From the human T2T-CHM13v2.0 reference genome, Homo sapiens: DNA of 64,000 bases. The translations under genes and the position numbers were made by a program. Below, piece by piece: positions 40,412 through 53,559 of the stretch (the stretch's first letter is position 1; each line of letters begins with the position of its first letter). The stretch is from the NCBI RefSeq assembly GCF_009914755.1, contig NC_060946.1; one strand, 5' to 3'. A model generated the notes under the pieces. That model did no database searches. It was not told the origin of the DNA and was given only the letters and a program-made list of their open reading frames with translations.

Positions 40412-40559
40412 CTGTTATTTCTTAATAGACACCAACTATGTGAAAGGCACTGCTCTGCAGGGGCTGAGTATCACGCAAAATGGTCATTCACTTTCTTGTG
40501 TGGAAGACACGAACGAAGTGACTCAATAGAAAACCAACAAAAGTACTGAAAAGCGGCCA

Positions 40560-40921
40560 TCATAGGTGCTGCTGTGTCCTGCGCATCTCACTTTACTGGC
40601 TGACAACCCCCGGGTGTCCCCTTCTCTGGAGAACTGCCTTTCTCAAAGAACAGGAGCTGCCCCACCTTTCCATCCCCCGGCCTGTCAGGAGGACCTCAGC
40701 CAAAGCCCAAGGACATCGGTACAAAATGCTGGGACCCTGGCTTCCTAGAGGGATCAACCCTGCAGCACAAACTGCTCCACAGAGCTGGCCTGTAGGGCTG
40801 CACTCTCAGCCAGCTCCCCGCTATCCCCTGCTCCCTGGGCCCCCCAGGAACAGCCCTCTCCCTCAAGGCTTGGCTGGAAGGAGACTGACCAGACTGTGCT
40901 TCAGGAACAACACCTGTAACA
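40560..40921 (+). mobile_element. LTR16-type ERVL LTR
   Basis: CTGGAGAACTGCC..CAGCCAA..GGTACAAAA..GGGATCAAC..AGACTGTGCTTCAGG pattern; highly diverged. Confidence 0.55.
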
Positions 40922-41687
40922 ACTTCTCGTTTCCTTAATTTTCATAGTGTCACAATTTATTTTCTCCTTCTTGTCTACCTATTGAATTAAAAAAGTAGGC
41001 AAGAGATACCTACTTTGCTTTATTTACACAAGTAAAGGCAACTGAACTCAAGGAAGTTAGGGAATTTGTGCCCAAGCCCACTGCAGGTCAGCTGAAGCCA
41101 CAACGAGAATTTGATCCCCCAACCTGAGGACAATGTTCCTCTTGCCCTGAGTGGCAAATTCCAAGCTGCAGACAGTGTGATAGCTCAACCTTCTCTGAGT
41201 GTCTTCCACACTCCGACCTTGAGCTTAAGGCATAAATCCCATTTCAGTTGCAGCTGATGCTTCATGGCAAAGAATGGTTTACCACCTATCACCCGGTCCT
41301 GGGTGCTTCAGAGCTAGACAATGGGCAATGGATTCTGAGCTCTTAGTGAAAGGAGCCATTGAAATATAAGGCTTTATTCTGCTAATGTGTTTGAGACATA
41401 AATTGTTCTTATCTCAAAGCATTCTCCAAGGGATTTTTTTAAAATCTGCATTTCTCTGTGGAACAAAGGATGAAAGCTCAGGGGCGGGGTTTAGACACAC
41501 AATGGGGTTTGAGGAGAGGGAAAGAATCCAGATCTGAGCCACCTGTCCTTCCAGGAGAATGGTCCCCGACCCTGTTGTCCTTGTGGAGGACTCCTGTGTC
41601 CCCTGCAGAGGCTGAAGGGGAATTCAGTAAAGGGGGCTTTGGGTACCACTTCTCTGTCCCCTCTGGGACTGATTTTATGACTCTGTA

Positions 41688-42025
41688 CAATCAGCCCTTG
41701 GTATCCCTCAGTTCCACATCCATAGATTTAACCAACTGCAGATAAAAGATATTCAGAAAAAAACAATTCCACAAAGTTCCCAAAAGAAAAACTTGAATTT
41801 GCCTCACACAGAGTCCTACGTTGAATCCACGTGAATGGAGTGATGTGTAAGCATTGTAGTGGGTATTAAAAGTAATCTAGAGATGATGTGACATACACGT
41901 GGGCATATGCATAGGTCATGTGCAAATACTATCTCATTTTATACTAGAGACTTGAGCCTCCTCAGGGTTTGGTATCCATAGGAAGTCCTGGAACCCATCC
42001 TCTAGGGATACTGAGGAGTGAACCT
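41688..42025. mobile_element. MER2/MER2B (TcMar-Tigger)
   Basis: CAGCCCTTGGTATCC..TTCCACATCCATAGATTTAACCAAC; AGTAATCTAGAGATGAT; GGTATCC..GTCCTGGAACC..GGATACTGAGG. Confidence 0.85.
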
Positions 42026-42321
42026 AACAGGGTTCAGTAAGAGATGCAGCGTGGAGCAGCACTAAAGCCTCTTGTGGCCAGGCCTGGGGCGCATTCTAGC
42101 CCCATCACTGCTCAGCTGGGAAGGCTGCATCAGGGAGCTTCGTCTCTTCATGCCCCATTTTCCTCCACTAAAGTTGTCCTCTCCCAGCAGGGAGCCAACA
42201 ACAGCCACATGTGACTATTTAAATTAAACTACAATATAATAAAATAATGTGCCACAGTCTTGCTAGCAAATTTCAGGTGTTCAACAGACATGTGTCAAAC
42301 AAAAAATAAATCCAGACTTGG

Positions 42322-42884
42322 TGTAGGAGACCAGAATATGTCACCTCAAACGATGGCTGTAAGACACCAGGGTCTGATACCCAAAATACGCCTCTTTGAC
42401 ATAAGGATGATTTTGAGCTGATTCTTTTGAGAAAATGTAGACACAGGAGAAGCTCTGAGAAGAAAGTAGAAATGATCTTTTCACCAGGGAAATTTACATC
42501 TATAAAGGAGATCCCCATTTGTGAAGGTTCTCTCTCTCTGCACCAGAAAGAGAAAGACCCTAAATCACGAGACTTGCAAATGGAGAGGCACCATCACAAA
42601 CTTCACTGTCCCTGCTGTGTTGGTCCTGGTCACCTCTCAATAACCAGCCCTCAGCACCCTTTTGTGCTTCTATTGAAGACAGAAGTGTTTAACCCTAAGC
42701 CCTAACCCTGACCCCCAAGCCACCTCTCAGAGCTGTGCTCATTTCTCTGGGCATCTCTCACATATGCATGAGGTTAATCAACTTCTGTTCATTCTTCTCT
42801 TGCTAATCTGTCTTTTGTAACAGGGATCTGTCCCCTCTAAGAACTATGAAGGGGAGAGGGAAAGTTATCTTTTCCTCCCCTATG
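42322..42884 (+). mobile_element. MER34-type ERV1 LTR, nested in an older MER67-like LTR
   Basis: TGTAGGAGACCAGAATATG start; AGGGAAATTTACATCTATAAAGG; end TTTTCCTCCCCTA. Confidence 0.75.
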
Positions 42885-43246
42885 TCAGTAAGGAGTTACT
42901 TTGAGAAGGATTATTGCTGAGGGGTGGGAGAAGAGGAGAGACTATTGCAATAGGAAGAATACTCTGACTATAAGGTCACCAAGAGTTTCAAGAGATGGGC
43001 AAAATGGATTTTTTTTCTCTAACAGAGAGGAAGAAAGCTAGAAATGACCAGTTGTGGGGGAATGAGAGGAAGGGGTGGCACACTCGGCTCATGGATCAGA
43101 GTTAGGAATGCACTAGGCTGCATCCCGAAAGGCGGCCCCAGCCCTGCTCTGAATCTTTGTGCAAGAGAAAGCACACTACCAAACCACACCAGGTGCATTG
43201 TCCTAAGCCACACTGCCAAACCAACCCCCTCCAGTCACTCCCCACT

Positions 43247-43593
43247 TACCCGTCCATTCAGGCTGCTTTAACAAAATGCTGTAGACTGGGGATGGGGTGG
43301 TGGGGGAGGTGGACTCATCAACAACAGGCATTCATTTCTCATGCTTCCACAGCCTGGAAGTCCTGGATCAAGGTGCCAGCAGATTCAGTGTCTGATGAGG
43401 GTGCCTCCTGGCTGCGTCCTCATGTGGGGGGAGGGGTGAGAGTGCTCCCATTCATAAGGATGCTAATCCCACTCCTAAGGGCTCCCCCTCAGGACTTAAT
43501 CACCCCCTAAAGGCACCATCTCTTTACACTATCACATTGGGAATTAGGTTTCCACACGGGAATCTGGGGTGACACTAACATGCAGATCATACC
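43247..43593 (-). mobile_element. MLT1A/MSTD-type MaLR LTR
   Basis: GTCCATTCAGGCTGCTTTAACAAAAT..GATCAAGGTGCCAGCAGATTCAGTGTCTG..ATCACATTGGGAATTAGGTTTC. Confidence 0.8.
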
Positions 43594-44390
43594 GTGCCCA
43601 ATCTGGAATTTTCCATTTTCCCAAATCACCCCTCGTCCTTTTTTTGTTCTTCATAGCCTGTTTATTCTGTCTCTGCTCTTGCTTTAAAAGCCTCAGTCAC
43701 CTTTGTCTCAGTGGAGTTGAGCTCAGTTCACACTGGAGTCTCTCTCCCCTACTGCAATAGTCTGAATAAAATCTGCTGCCTCCTTTAACAAACGTCTGGT
43801 GCTGTCTTTCTTGGATGGCTCGAAGGCATTCCCTTCACAGAGCCACCTCCCCAGACATAGATGGAGCTCCCAAAGTATCTTCTTTCCTTCGGCACGTCCC
43901 ACCCGTAATGGTACGTTGACACCATACCAGCATGCCCAAGCACTGCTGGAACGAAAGGACGCTGCTCTGTTACTCATCCCTGCGCCCTATGCCTCAAGAT
44001 GGGGGTGGCATGTGCTATGTGCCCCTTAAACAGCCCCCAAAAGAATTCTCCCAGGAGGAATGCAAGGATGCCCACTTTAACCTGTACCCATTTGGTCTGT
44101 ACCTGTACGCATTTGGTCTTTCTGACCTGACTCTAAGGCACCCTTAGGTGGGGTATGGAATGGGGCTTGTGCTCATGAGAGGCAGACTTTCCACAACGAC
44201 AGCCCCAACCTAACACCAAGGCTGATTTGTGCTGTTTGTTGTTAGTTGTTAGTTTGGCAGGGGGTGGGGGAAGGGGGTGGAGGCCGGGGGTGGACTGTTG
44301 TGATGCGGTCTTCTGAATGCTGTGCAGTGATGATGCTCCCAGGAGGCCACTTCTGTCTCAGATGCTGCCTTCTTCTGCTCCCCTGAGGGA

Positions 44391-44458
44391 AACTCCCTGC
44401 CACTGAGCCTCCTCCCCAGGAACTAACTCCCTGCCACTGAGCCCCCTCCCCGAGAACT
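44391..44458. repeat. 34-bp tandem duplication
   Basis: AACTCCCTGCCACTGAGCC(T/C)CCTCCCC(AG/GA)GAACT x2. Confidence 0.9.
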
Positions 44459-45288
44459 ACCTACCAATCCATCTGAGACACTGAAGAATATCACCCGCCG
44501 TCTTCTGGAAGACAGAGCTGGTGTGCACTGCCTAAGTCACTCTCTTCCGTTTCTTGCTGGTGTATCCTGGCGTACCTGCCTCCGCTCTCTCTGGAGCTTC
44601 CTAATGCAGTGTTGGAGGCAGATGTCAGACAGTTGTGATCAGATCCTCATTCTTTCATTGTTTCCCTAATTTCATTTCAGAAATGACTGATGGGGAGAAA
44701 GATGCAGAGCACAGACTAATTCGCAGCTAATTCTTCTAAACAGTCATGACTGGCTAGACAAAATGTGGCAGATGCTTTTCATTTTATTTCCAAATTTGCA
44801 ATGAAAGCCGAGAGTCGCGGTGGATAGGCTCTTTCTTCTGGCCCCTGACCTGTGCGATGACTCAACATGGCACAGGATGATGGAGTTAGAAAACCCCACG
44901 GGGACAGAAGACGCTGTAGACAGTCAGCTGGCGGGAAGGACTCGGACAACCCAATCGCACACCAAGATGCCCTTGAGCGCTGCTGTCTCCCTCACAGTGG
45001 GGGCGCCACCCAGAACACCAGGCACTTTGCTGTGGCTCCAGGGAGACGTGAGCTCTGGACAGAAGGAAATGTTCTCCTGAGTCCTTTCAATTCTTGGTGG
45101 CTGCTGGACTTGCCTGTTGAGGGGGATCTTGCTGCGGGTCATAGCCACTCCTCTCATGGTGGGGACACAGTAAGAAAACAAGACAGGTCAGGTAGAGTAT
45201 TCACATACACACACACACGCATGCACACACACAATTTTAGCTGGCTATAACTACTTTAAAGAAAATCTGTAGGTTGCCAATAGAATGA

Positions 45289-45700
<412 letters not shown>

Positions 45701-46146
45701 GTCAGCAAGTTTTGTGTGTCGACTTGGTTAGGATGTGGTGCCCAGTTATTTGATCAAGCAATAATCTGGATGTCAATGTGGGGGTACTTTGTAGATGTGG
45801 GTAACATCCACCATCAGCTGATGGTACATAAAGGAGATACCCTCAATAGTGTGAATGGGCCTCATCCCATCAATTGAAGATCTTAAGAGCATAACTGAAG
45901 CTTCCCTGGAAAAGAAGAAATTCTGCCTGAAGACCACAGCATCACTGCTGCCCCCGAGCCCTACGGAGCTCAGACTTGCCTACCCCCAGAGTCCCGTGGA
46001 CCAATTTCTTGCAATCTCTTTTATTGATTCAAATTTCTACTTCTATTAAATTTATTTTTATTTATTTTATTTTTATTTTGTTGTACAATACACACAATAT
46101 TCTACTGGTTCTGTTTCTCTGGAGAACCATGTCGGATGCTAATACA
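45701..46146 (+). mobile_element. MLT2D-type ERVL LTR
   Basis: GTGCCCAGTTATTTGATCAA..GGGCCTCATCC..AGAAGAAATTCTGCCT..TTCTGTTTCTCTGGAGAACC..CTAATACA. Confidence 0.82.
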
Positions 46147-48775
46147 GGGTTCATAGTCATGCATCTTCTCTATCCATTTGCTCTGGACACATTAGTGGGC
46201 CTCATCCACACATGGTTTCAGCTATTCACATATGGCTGCAACTTCTGAATTTCTGTCTACAGCCTGGGACTCTCTCCTTGCACCACAGTCATAAACTCAG
46301 GAACCTGCTGGACATGACTACTCAAAGGCTCCCGCGTATCTCAAACCTAAGATGTCTGTTGTGAAATGAGAAAATTTACCCTCACCCTAAGCTTTTTTAT
46401 TATTTTTTAAAAATTCTTAACTAATTTTTAATTGTAATGTAACATAAACAGGAACATGCATAAATCAGAAGCGTGTTGTGTGCAGAGCTCAGTCAATTTT
46501 CACAAAATGAACACACCCCTGAAGTCACCATCCTGATCGAGATGACCACATCCTCAGGGTTCCAAATATCCCCATGCTCATTCCCAGTCATGACCGCCTT
46601 CTTTGCAAAGTGTAACACCTTCTTCTGACTACTGGCCCCTATGTTACTTTTGCTTGTTTCAAATTTTATACAAATTGAACCATATAGCATGAATTATTTT
46701 ATGTCTGTTTCTTTTACTCAATATTGTATTTGTGGGATTTATTCATGTGGTGTTGTATATTAATCATTTATGCATCCATATTTTATCATTGCAGAGTACC
46801 ACACTGTGTAATTCTACCACAATTTGTTCAAACAATTCCACTGTTGGTGGGCGCCGGGGCTGCCTCCAGCTTGGGGCCAGTGTGTATAATGCTGTGTGAT
46901 TATTCTATACATGTGTTTGGTACATATTTCCATGTGGCATTGTTGTGTATAAACCTGATTAAAATGACTAGATTCCACTTCCTGCATACGTCTGTCTTTA
47001 GTGGATGCTGACCACCAGTTTTCCAAACTGGCTGTAAAAGTTAACACTCTTGCATATATTATTTGAGTGTTCCAATTGCTCCATATCCTTGCCAACACTT
47101 CACATTGTCAGACCTTTTAAATTTTATCCTTCCATGAGTATGTGATGGTAACTCCCTGTAATTCTAATTCGCATTTTCTTGGAGTCTAATGAGTGTGAGC
47201 ATTGTTTTACTTATTTTGGGTCCTTAGGAAAGCTTCTATTGTGAAGTGCCTGTTCAGTCTCTTGCTAATATTTTTACTGAGTATTTTTGTCCGTTTTTTT
47301 TTTCTTGTTGATTTTAGATTCCTGTTATACATTTTGCAGATATATTCTTTCATTCATTGGCTTGTGAATTTCCTCTTTTTGGTGTCTTTTGATGAACACA
47401 AGTTCCTAATTTTATGTAGAAATTAATGTCTTCTCCTGTATGGTTAATACATTTTGTGTCCTTTTAAAGAAATCTTTGCCAACTCAAGATCACTAAGACA
47501 CTAAGATGTTCTCCTAATTGTCCTTCTTTCACACTGAGATTTACAATATCTCTGGAAATGAATTTTGTGTGTGATGTGAAGAGGGCAAGATTTATTTTTT
47601 CCATAAGCATATCCAATTGACTCAGCATCATTTATTGAAAAAACATCATTTTCCCACTGCTCTGGCATGCTATGATCATAAATCATCTGTCTATGGGGTG
47701 TGTATCTGTTTCTGGACTCTATTCTCTTCCACTGGTGTCCTTGCCTGTCCTTGCATTACAATGCTGTCTTAATCACTGTAGCTTTGCAATAAATCTTGAT
47801 TTCTGGTAATGTGATTCCTCAGACTGCATTCTTCTTTATGATTGTCTTGGCTATCCTTGGTCCTTTGCACTTTCATACAAATTTTAGAATCAGTTTATAA
47901 ATTTCCAACAAAAAAAGATGGCCAATCTTTTCTTTAGGATTGCATTAAATCTACATAATCAATTTGTGAAGCATTGAAATTTAACTATTCTGTATTTTAA
48001 CTCATTATTTTCATTTGTTTAATTTCTTCAAATAATATTTTATAGTTTTCTATGTAGAGAATTTTGCATATAGTTTGTTTTCTTAAGAAGTTAGATTATT
48101 CAAATCACAATGAGATGTGCCTTTTTAAATTTTATTTTATTCTTAATTGTTCTTTGTATAAATAAAATTAAACTTTATATATTGACCTAGTATTCAGTGA
48201 ACTTGGTAAATTTACTTATTGATTTTCCTGGGCTGTCTGTAGACTTCTTTGACTTTCTCACCTACAGTACACAAACATCATTAGAAAACAGTGACAATTT
48301 TTATTACTTTTATCCAATCTTACAACAATAATTTTTTTTTCTTGCCTTATTGCACTAGCTAGAATTCCCAGTACATTTCTTAATAGAAGTGGTGGTAGCT
48401 TGTCTTATCCCCAATATCAGGTAAAATGCCATCAATGTGATGCTTACTGTTTTTATTTTATAGATTTATTTTTAGATTAAGGGGGTTCCCTACTATGCAA
48501 GTTTTGCTAAGAGTATTTTTTGTATCATGAACGGGTGTTGAATTTCACCAAATGCTTGTTATGTATCTATTGAGATGACCGTTTGATTTCTCTTCTTAAT
48601 TTGGTGATTTATGACTGATTTTCAACTGTTACTTATGCATTTCTGCACAACTTGCCCCCTTGCAAAAACTCGACTTGATTTTAATGCATTGCTCACTTTT
48701 ATGTATCATGGATTTAATTTTCTCATATTTACTTTGGTAATTTTTGGATCCATATTCATTAGAGACACTGTTCTC

Positions 48776-49212
48776 TGGATTAGCTTCCTATTGTTGCTAT
48801 AACAAATTTCCTCAAATACAGTGGTTTAAAACAACACAAATTTCTTGTCTTATAGTTATAGAGATCAAAAGTCTAAAATGAAGATATTATCAGAGCTGGG
48901 TCATTCTGAAGCCTTCAAGAAAGAATTCTGTTCCTTGCTTTTTTAGCTTCTTGAGGGCACCTGCATTCCTTGGCTCACGGCACCTCCTCTCATCACTTCA
49001 ACTTCTTGTTTGGGTCATCAGGACTCCTATGACTGATTCTGATGTTTGTGTCTCTTACCTTGAACACACCAGGATAATCTACATTAATCTTCACATCTCA
49101 GATGCTCAACTTAATAACATCTGCAAACTCCACTATATGAGATAACACATTAACAGATTCCAGGGATTAAGCCTTTAGTCTTTTTGGGGGATGACTATAA
49201 TTCAGCCTATTA
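48776..49212 (-). mobile_element. MLT1 (C/D/E-type) MaLR LTR
   Basis: ATTAGCTTCCTATTGTTGCTATAACAAAT..TTAAAACAACACAAATTT..TTCCTTGGCTC..CATCTGCAAA..CAGGGATTAAG. Confidence 0.8.
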
Positions 49213-50835
49213 GTCTCCAAACATTTTTCTCTGTAAAGTGCAGGGAAGGTTTTGCTATCAGGATGATTCTGGCCTCATCAAGACTGTTAGGAAGTGCTTC
49301 TTCTCTATTTTGTGGGAGAATATTTTGCATATAAGAGTTTGGTGAAACTTGCTATTCTGTAAATATTTAGAAGAATGTAAAGTCATAGAAACCTGGAGGG
49401 TCTTTTTTTTGGCATGGGAAATTTTAAATATAGATTTAATTATCAAATACTTTAATAAGTATGGAAATTTTAGATTTTTCTATTTCTTCTTGAGTCAGTT
49501 TTAGTCAATTGTGTTTTGGTATATGTAAATTTTGCCTTCCCTCTCTTCTTTTAAACTTTATTCAATGCTGTCTTTTCTTTTAAAAAAAAAAAACCTTATT
49601 TAATGTTTTCAGGTTTTGTCTAATATATTACTCTTTCTAAAGAACTAATATTTGCTGTTGTTTGTTTATTATAATAGTTTGCTTCTCTTTCTTTAATTTC
49701 TGATTTTATCTTTATTTTGTACTTAACTACTGTTTTAAACTTAATTTACTATCATTTTTCCCAACTACTTGAAATAAATATTTGGATTGATTTTTGAGCC
49801 TTTAATCTTTTTGACTTTATGAATTATGTTAATAAATTTCCCTCAAGGGGCAGCTGTAACTGTATCCCACACATTTTTCCTGTAGTTTCATCATCATATG
49901 CAGCAAAATATTTTCTAATTTCCTTTGTGAATCTTTTCTTTGATTCATGGGTTATTTAGAATTGTGTTGCTTATTTTTTAGTTATTTGGGAATTATCTAC
50001 TCATAATTATCCTTTTTATTAAAAAAATTACTGGCTTCTACCACAACTCTACTGTAGTCAGAGAAAAATGTAAGATGCCTAATTTCAGTCATTTGTAGGG
50101 ATTTGCTTTGTAGCTCAACATATGAGTAATATTAATAAAGGATCTGTGTGCGTATATAAAAGTGCATAATCTATACTATTTGAGTATAGTGTTCTTCATA
50201 TGCCAATTAGAGTAGATTTGTTAAGCTGTCAAACTCTTCCACATAATAATTGATAGTTTTGTCTGCTTTTGGTTTTAGTTCCAAAGTAACATATATTAGG
50301 ATCGCCATTATGATCATTTCCTTGTCAATTTCTGCCCCTAGTTCTATTGGTTTGGATTACATATATTTGGAGACTGTCCAGAGATGATAATACATTTAGG
50401 GTTATTTTATTTTCCCAGAGGAGCTACCCTTTAATTTCTATGAAATGTTTCATTTTAAATTATAAATCATTTCTATTTTAAAGTCTACTTTGACACGTGA
50501 TGGTTATATCACTTTGTCATTATTATAATTAGCATTACTCTTGTTATTAATGTTTATATGATACATAATTTTCATTCTCTTAATATCAAACTTTATTTTA
50601 AAGACGTAACTCTTGTAAGCTGTATATATCTGTACTTTTTTCTTAATATAAACATCTTTTGTATTTTAATCTGTGTATTTAGTCCATTTACATGCAATGT
50701 AAACATTGGTATTTGGGGATGTGAATTTCCTGCCTTAATATTTTTGCGATCACCTTGACCTGATTTTATTTACTTTCTTGATTTCTTCTGGTTTTTTTTC
50801 CCAGTATTTTTATGATCCTTTTTTTCTTCTCCTAA

Positions 50836-51162
<327 letters not shown>

Positions 51163-51882
51163 TAGGCATTTTATTTTTACTATAAATTTATTGGTGGCCC
51201 TGTGGATTACTAAATATATTCTTGATTTGTCAGTTTCTATAATATTTTATCCCTCCTTAAACACAAAAACTATGATACTTAACCTCCCTCCTTACTTTTA
51301 TGCTATATTGCCTTATTTTTAAATTATATATAATGTATATCTATTCCCACAATATAATTGTACCTATAATTATAATTATAGGTACAACTTATATTTTTCC
51401 TTCCTGAATTTTTCTGCTTTGACTGAGATTCACTGTCTATCTGAAAAATTTCTACATACCTTTTAGTGAAAGTTTTAGTAGTATCTAATTACTTCAGTAA
51501 TTTTCTAATTATGTCTTCTTTTATTTTAACTTTTAGATTCAGGGGTACATGTGCAGGTTTGTTATATAGGTAAACTCATGTCACAGGGGTTTGATGTACA
51601 GATTATTTCACCACCCAGATACTAAGCCTAATACCCAACAGTCACTTTTTCTGCTCCTCTCTCTCTTTCCACCCTCCACTCTCTGGTAGGCCTCAGTGTG
51701 TGTTGTTCCTCTCTATGTGTCCATGTGTTCTCATCATTTAGCTCACACTTATAAGCAAGAACATGTGGTATTTGGTTTTCTGTTCCAGTGTTAGTTTGCT
51801 AAAGATAATAGCTTCTAGCTTCATAAAGCTAGAAGGACATGACCTTGTTCTTTTTTATGGCTGCATAGTATTTCATGGTGTT

Positions 51883-52450
51883 TGATATGGTTTGACTGTG
51901 TCCACACCCAAAATTTCATCTTGAATTAAAAGCCACATGATCCCTACATGTCAAGGGTGGGACCAGGTGGAGGTAATTGAATCAAGGGGTTTTTTTCCCC
52001 CATGCTGTTCTTGTGCCAGTGAGTGAGTCTCATGAGATCTGATGGTTGTATTAGTGTCTGGCATTTCCCCTGCTTGCACTCCTTCTCTCTCCTGACATCC
52101 TGTGAAGAGGTGTCTTCCTCCATGATGGTAAGTTTCCAGATGGCTCCCCAGCTCTGTGAACCTGTGAGTCAATTATACCTCTTTTCATTATAAATTACTT
52201 TATAAATTATAAATGTATAAATTTATACATTCATAAATTTATATATAATATATATTATATATATAATTATATATTATACATATATAAATTTATATATAAA
52301 TTTATACATTATAAATTTACAATGTATAAATACATATGTATAAATATATATGCATAATGTATAAATATATATATTTATAAATTATAAATTTTATTTATAA
52401 ATTACAATCTCAGGTATTTCTTCATAGCAGTGTAAGAACAAACTAATAGA
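51883..52450 (+). mobile_element. THE1D/MSTA-type MaLR solo LTR with AT-rich expansion
   Basis: TGATATGGTTTGACTGTGTCC..GTCTCATGAGATCTGATGG..CTCAGGTATTTCTTCATAGCAGTG; near-TSD GTGTT/GTGTA. Confidence 0.9.
52190..52404. repeat. AT-rich palindromic low-complexity expansion
   Basis: About 215 bp of TATAAATT/TA units, including the perfect palindrome AATGTATAAATTTATACATT (52212-52231). Confidence 0.93.
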
Positions 52451-53559
52451 GTGTACATGTACCAGATTTTCTTTATCCAGTTTACCATTGATGAACATTT
52501 AAGTTGATTCCATGTCTTTGCTATTGTGAACAGTGCTGCAATGAACATACGCATGCATGTGTCTTTATAACAGAATGATTATACTCCTTTGGGTATATGC
52601 TCAGCAATGGGAATCCTGTGTAGAATGGTAGTTCTGTTTTTATGTCTTTGAGGAATCATCACATATGTCTTCATTTCAACTTCACCTCTGAAAAATATTC
52701 TTTTACTGTATTGAATTTTAAATTCTGTGATTTTCTGAAACAGTATGAGGGTGATATATCAATGTCCATTGGACTCTGATATTTCTGTTGCACCATCTTT
52801 TTTATTATTGCTCTTTCGAAGGTAATGCGTTTCACTTTTCCTGACTACTTTTAAGATTTTTCTCTTTGTCTTTGATATTTATAAGTTTGACTAGAGTACG
52901 TGTGTGCGTGTGTGTATGTGTGTGTGTGTTTGATTTTTTGTAGTCAATTTTGGAAAAATATTAGACAAATATTTCTTATGTTCTATTTTTCCTCTTTGTC
53001 TGATTTTCCAGTTACTCATGTATTGGACTTTTAAAAATCATTTTCTAGGAGTCTCCTATATCCTTTTAAGATATTTTGTAACCTTTTGTCTTTGTTGTCT
53101 CAGTTTAGATATTTTCTACTGAATTAGCATCTCAGTTACTCATGTTCTTTTCTTTACCTGTAATATTTATTGATTTGGTTATCCAGACATATTTATGATC
53201 ACATATAAATATCTGGTAACTTAGAAACACTGTTCTTAAGCATCTTAAATCTCCATTTCACAAAACAATTTTATTTAGTCTTTATGTTCCTCTTTGACAT
53301 CAGTCTTTGTCACAATTCAAGTAGCATTTTGAGTAATGGGAGAGCATTTTCTCAAGTACATTGACATTACTTCCAGCTAAGTTGTTTTGAGATTTTTAAA
53401 AATTCTTAAATTCTTAAAATATGCTATTAATGAAAACTTACTCTGAGCCTCATATACCCACTTGCATAATATTTAGTAGAGTTGATTCTTTTACTCGTCA
53501 TCTAGAGGTATCTTTGTGATCTCTACAAAATAACTTCATGACTTCTGCTTTTTATTTTT

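Larger units (their letters stand above)
51515..52662 (-). mobile_element. L1PB-type 3' end (5'-truncated), split by a MaLR LTR
   Basis: TTTTAGATTCAGGGGTACATGTGCAGGTTTGTTA..CATTTAGCTC..GAACATGTGGTATTTGGTTTTCTG. Confidence 0.88.
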
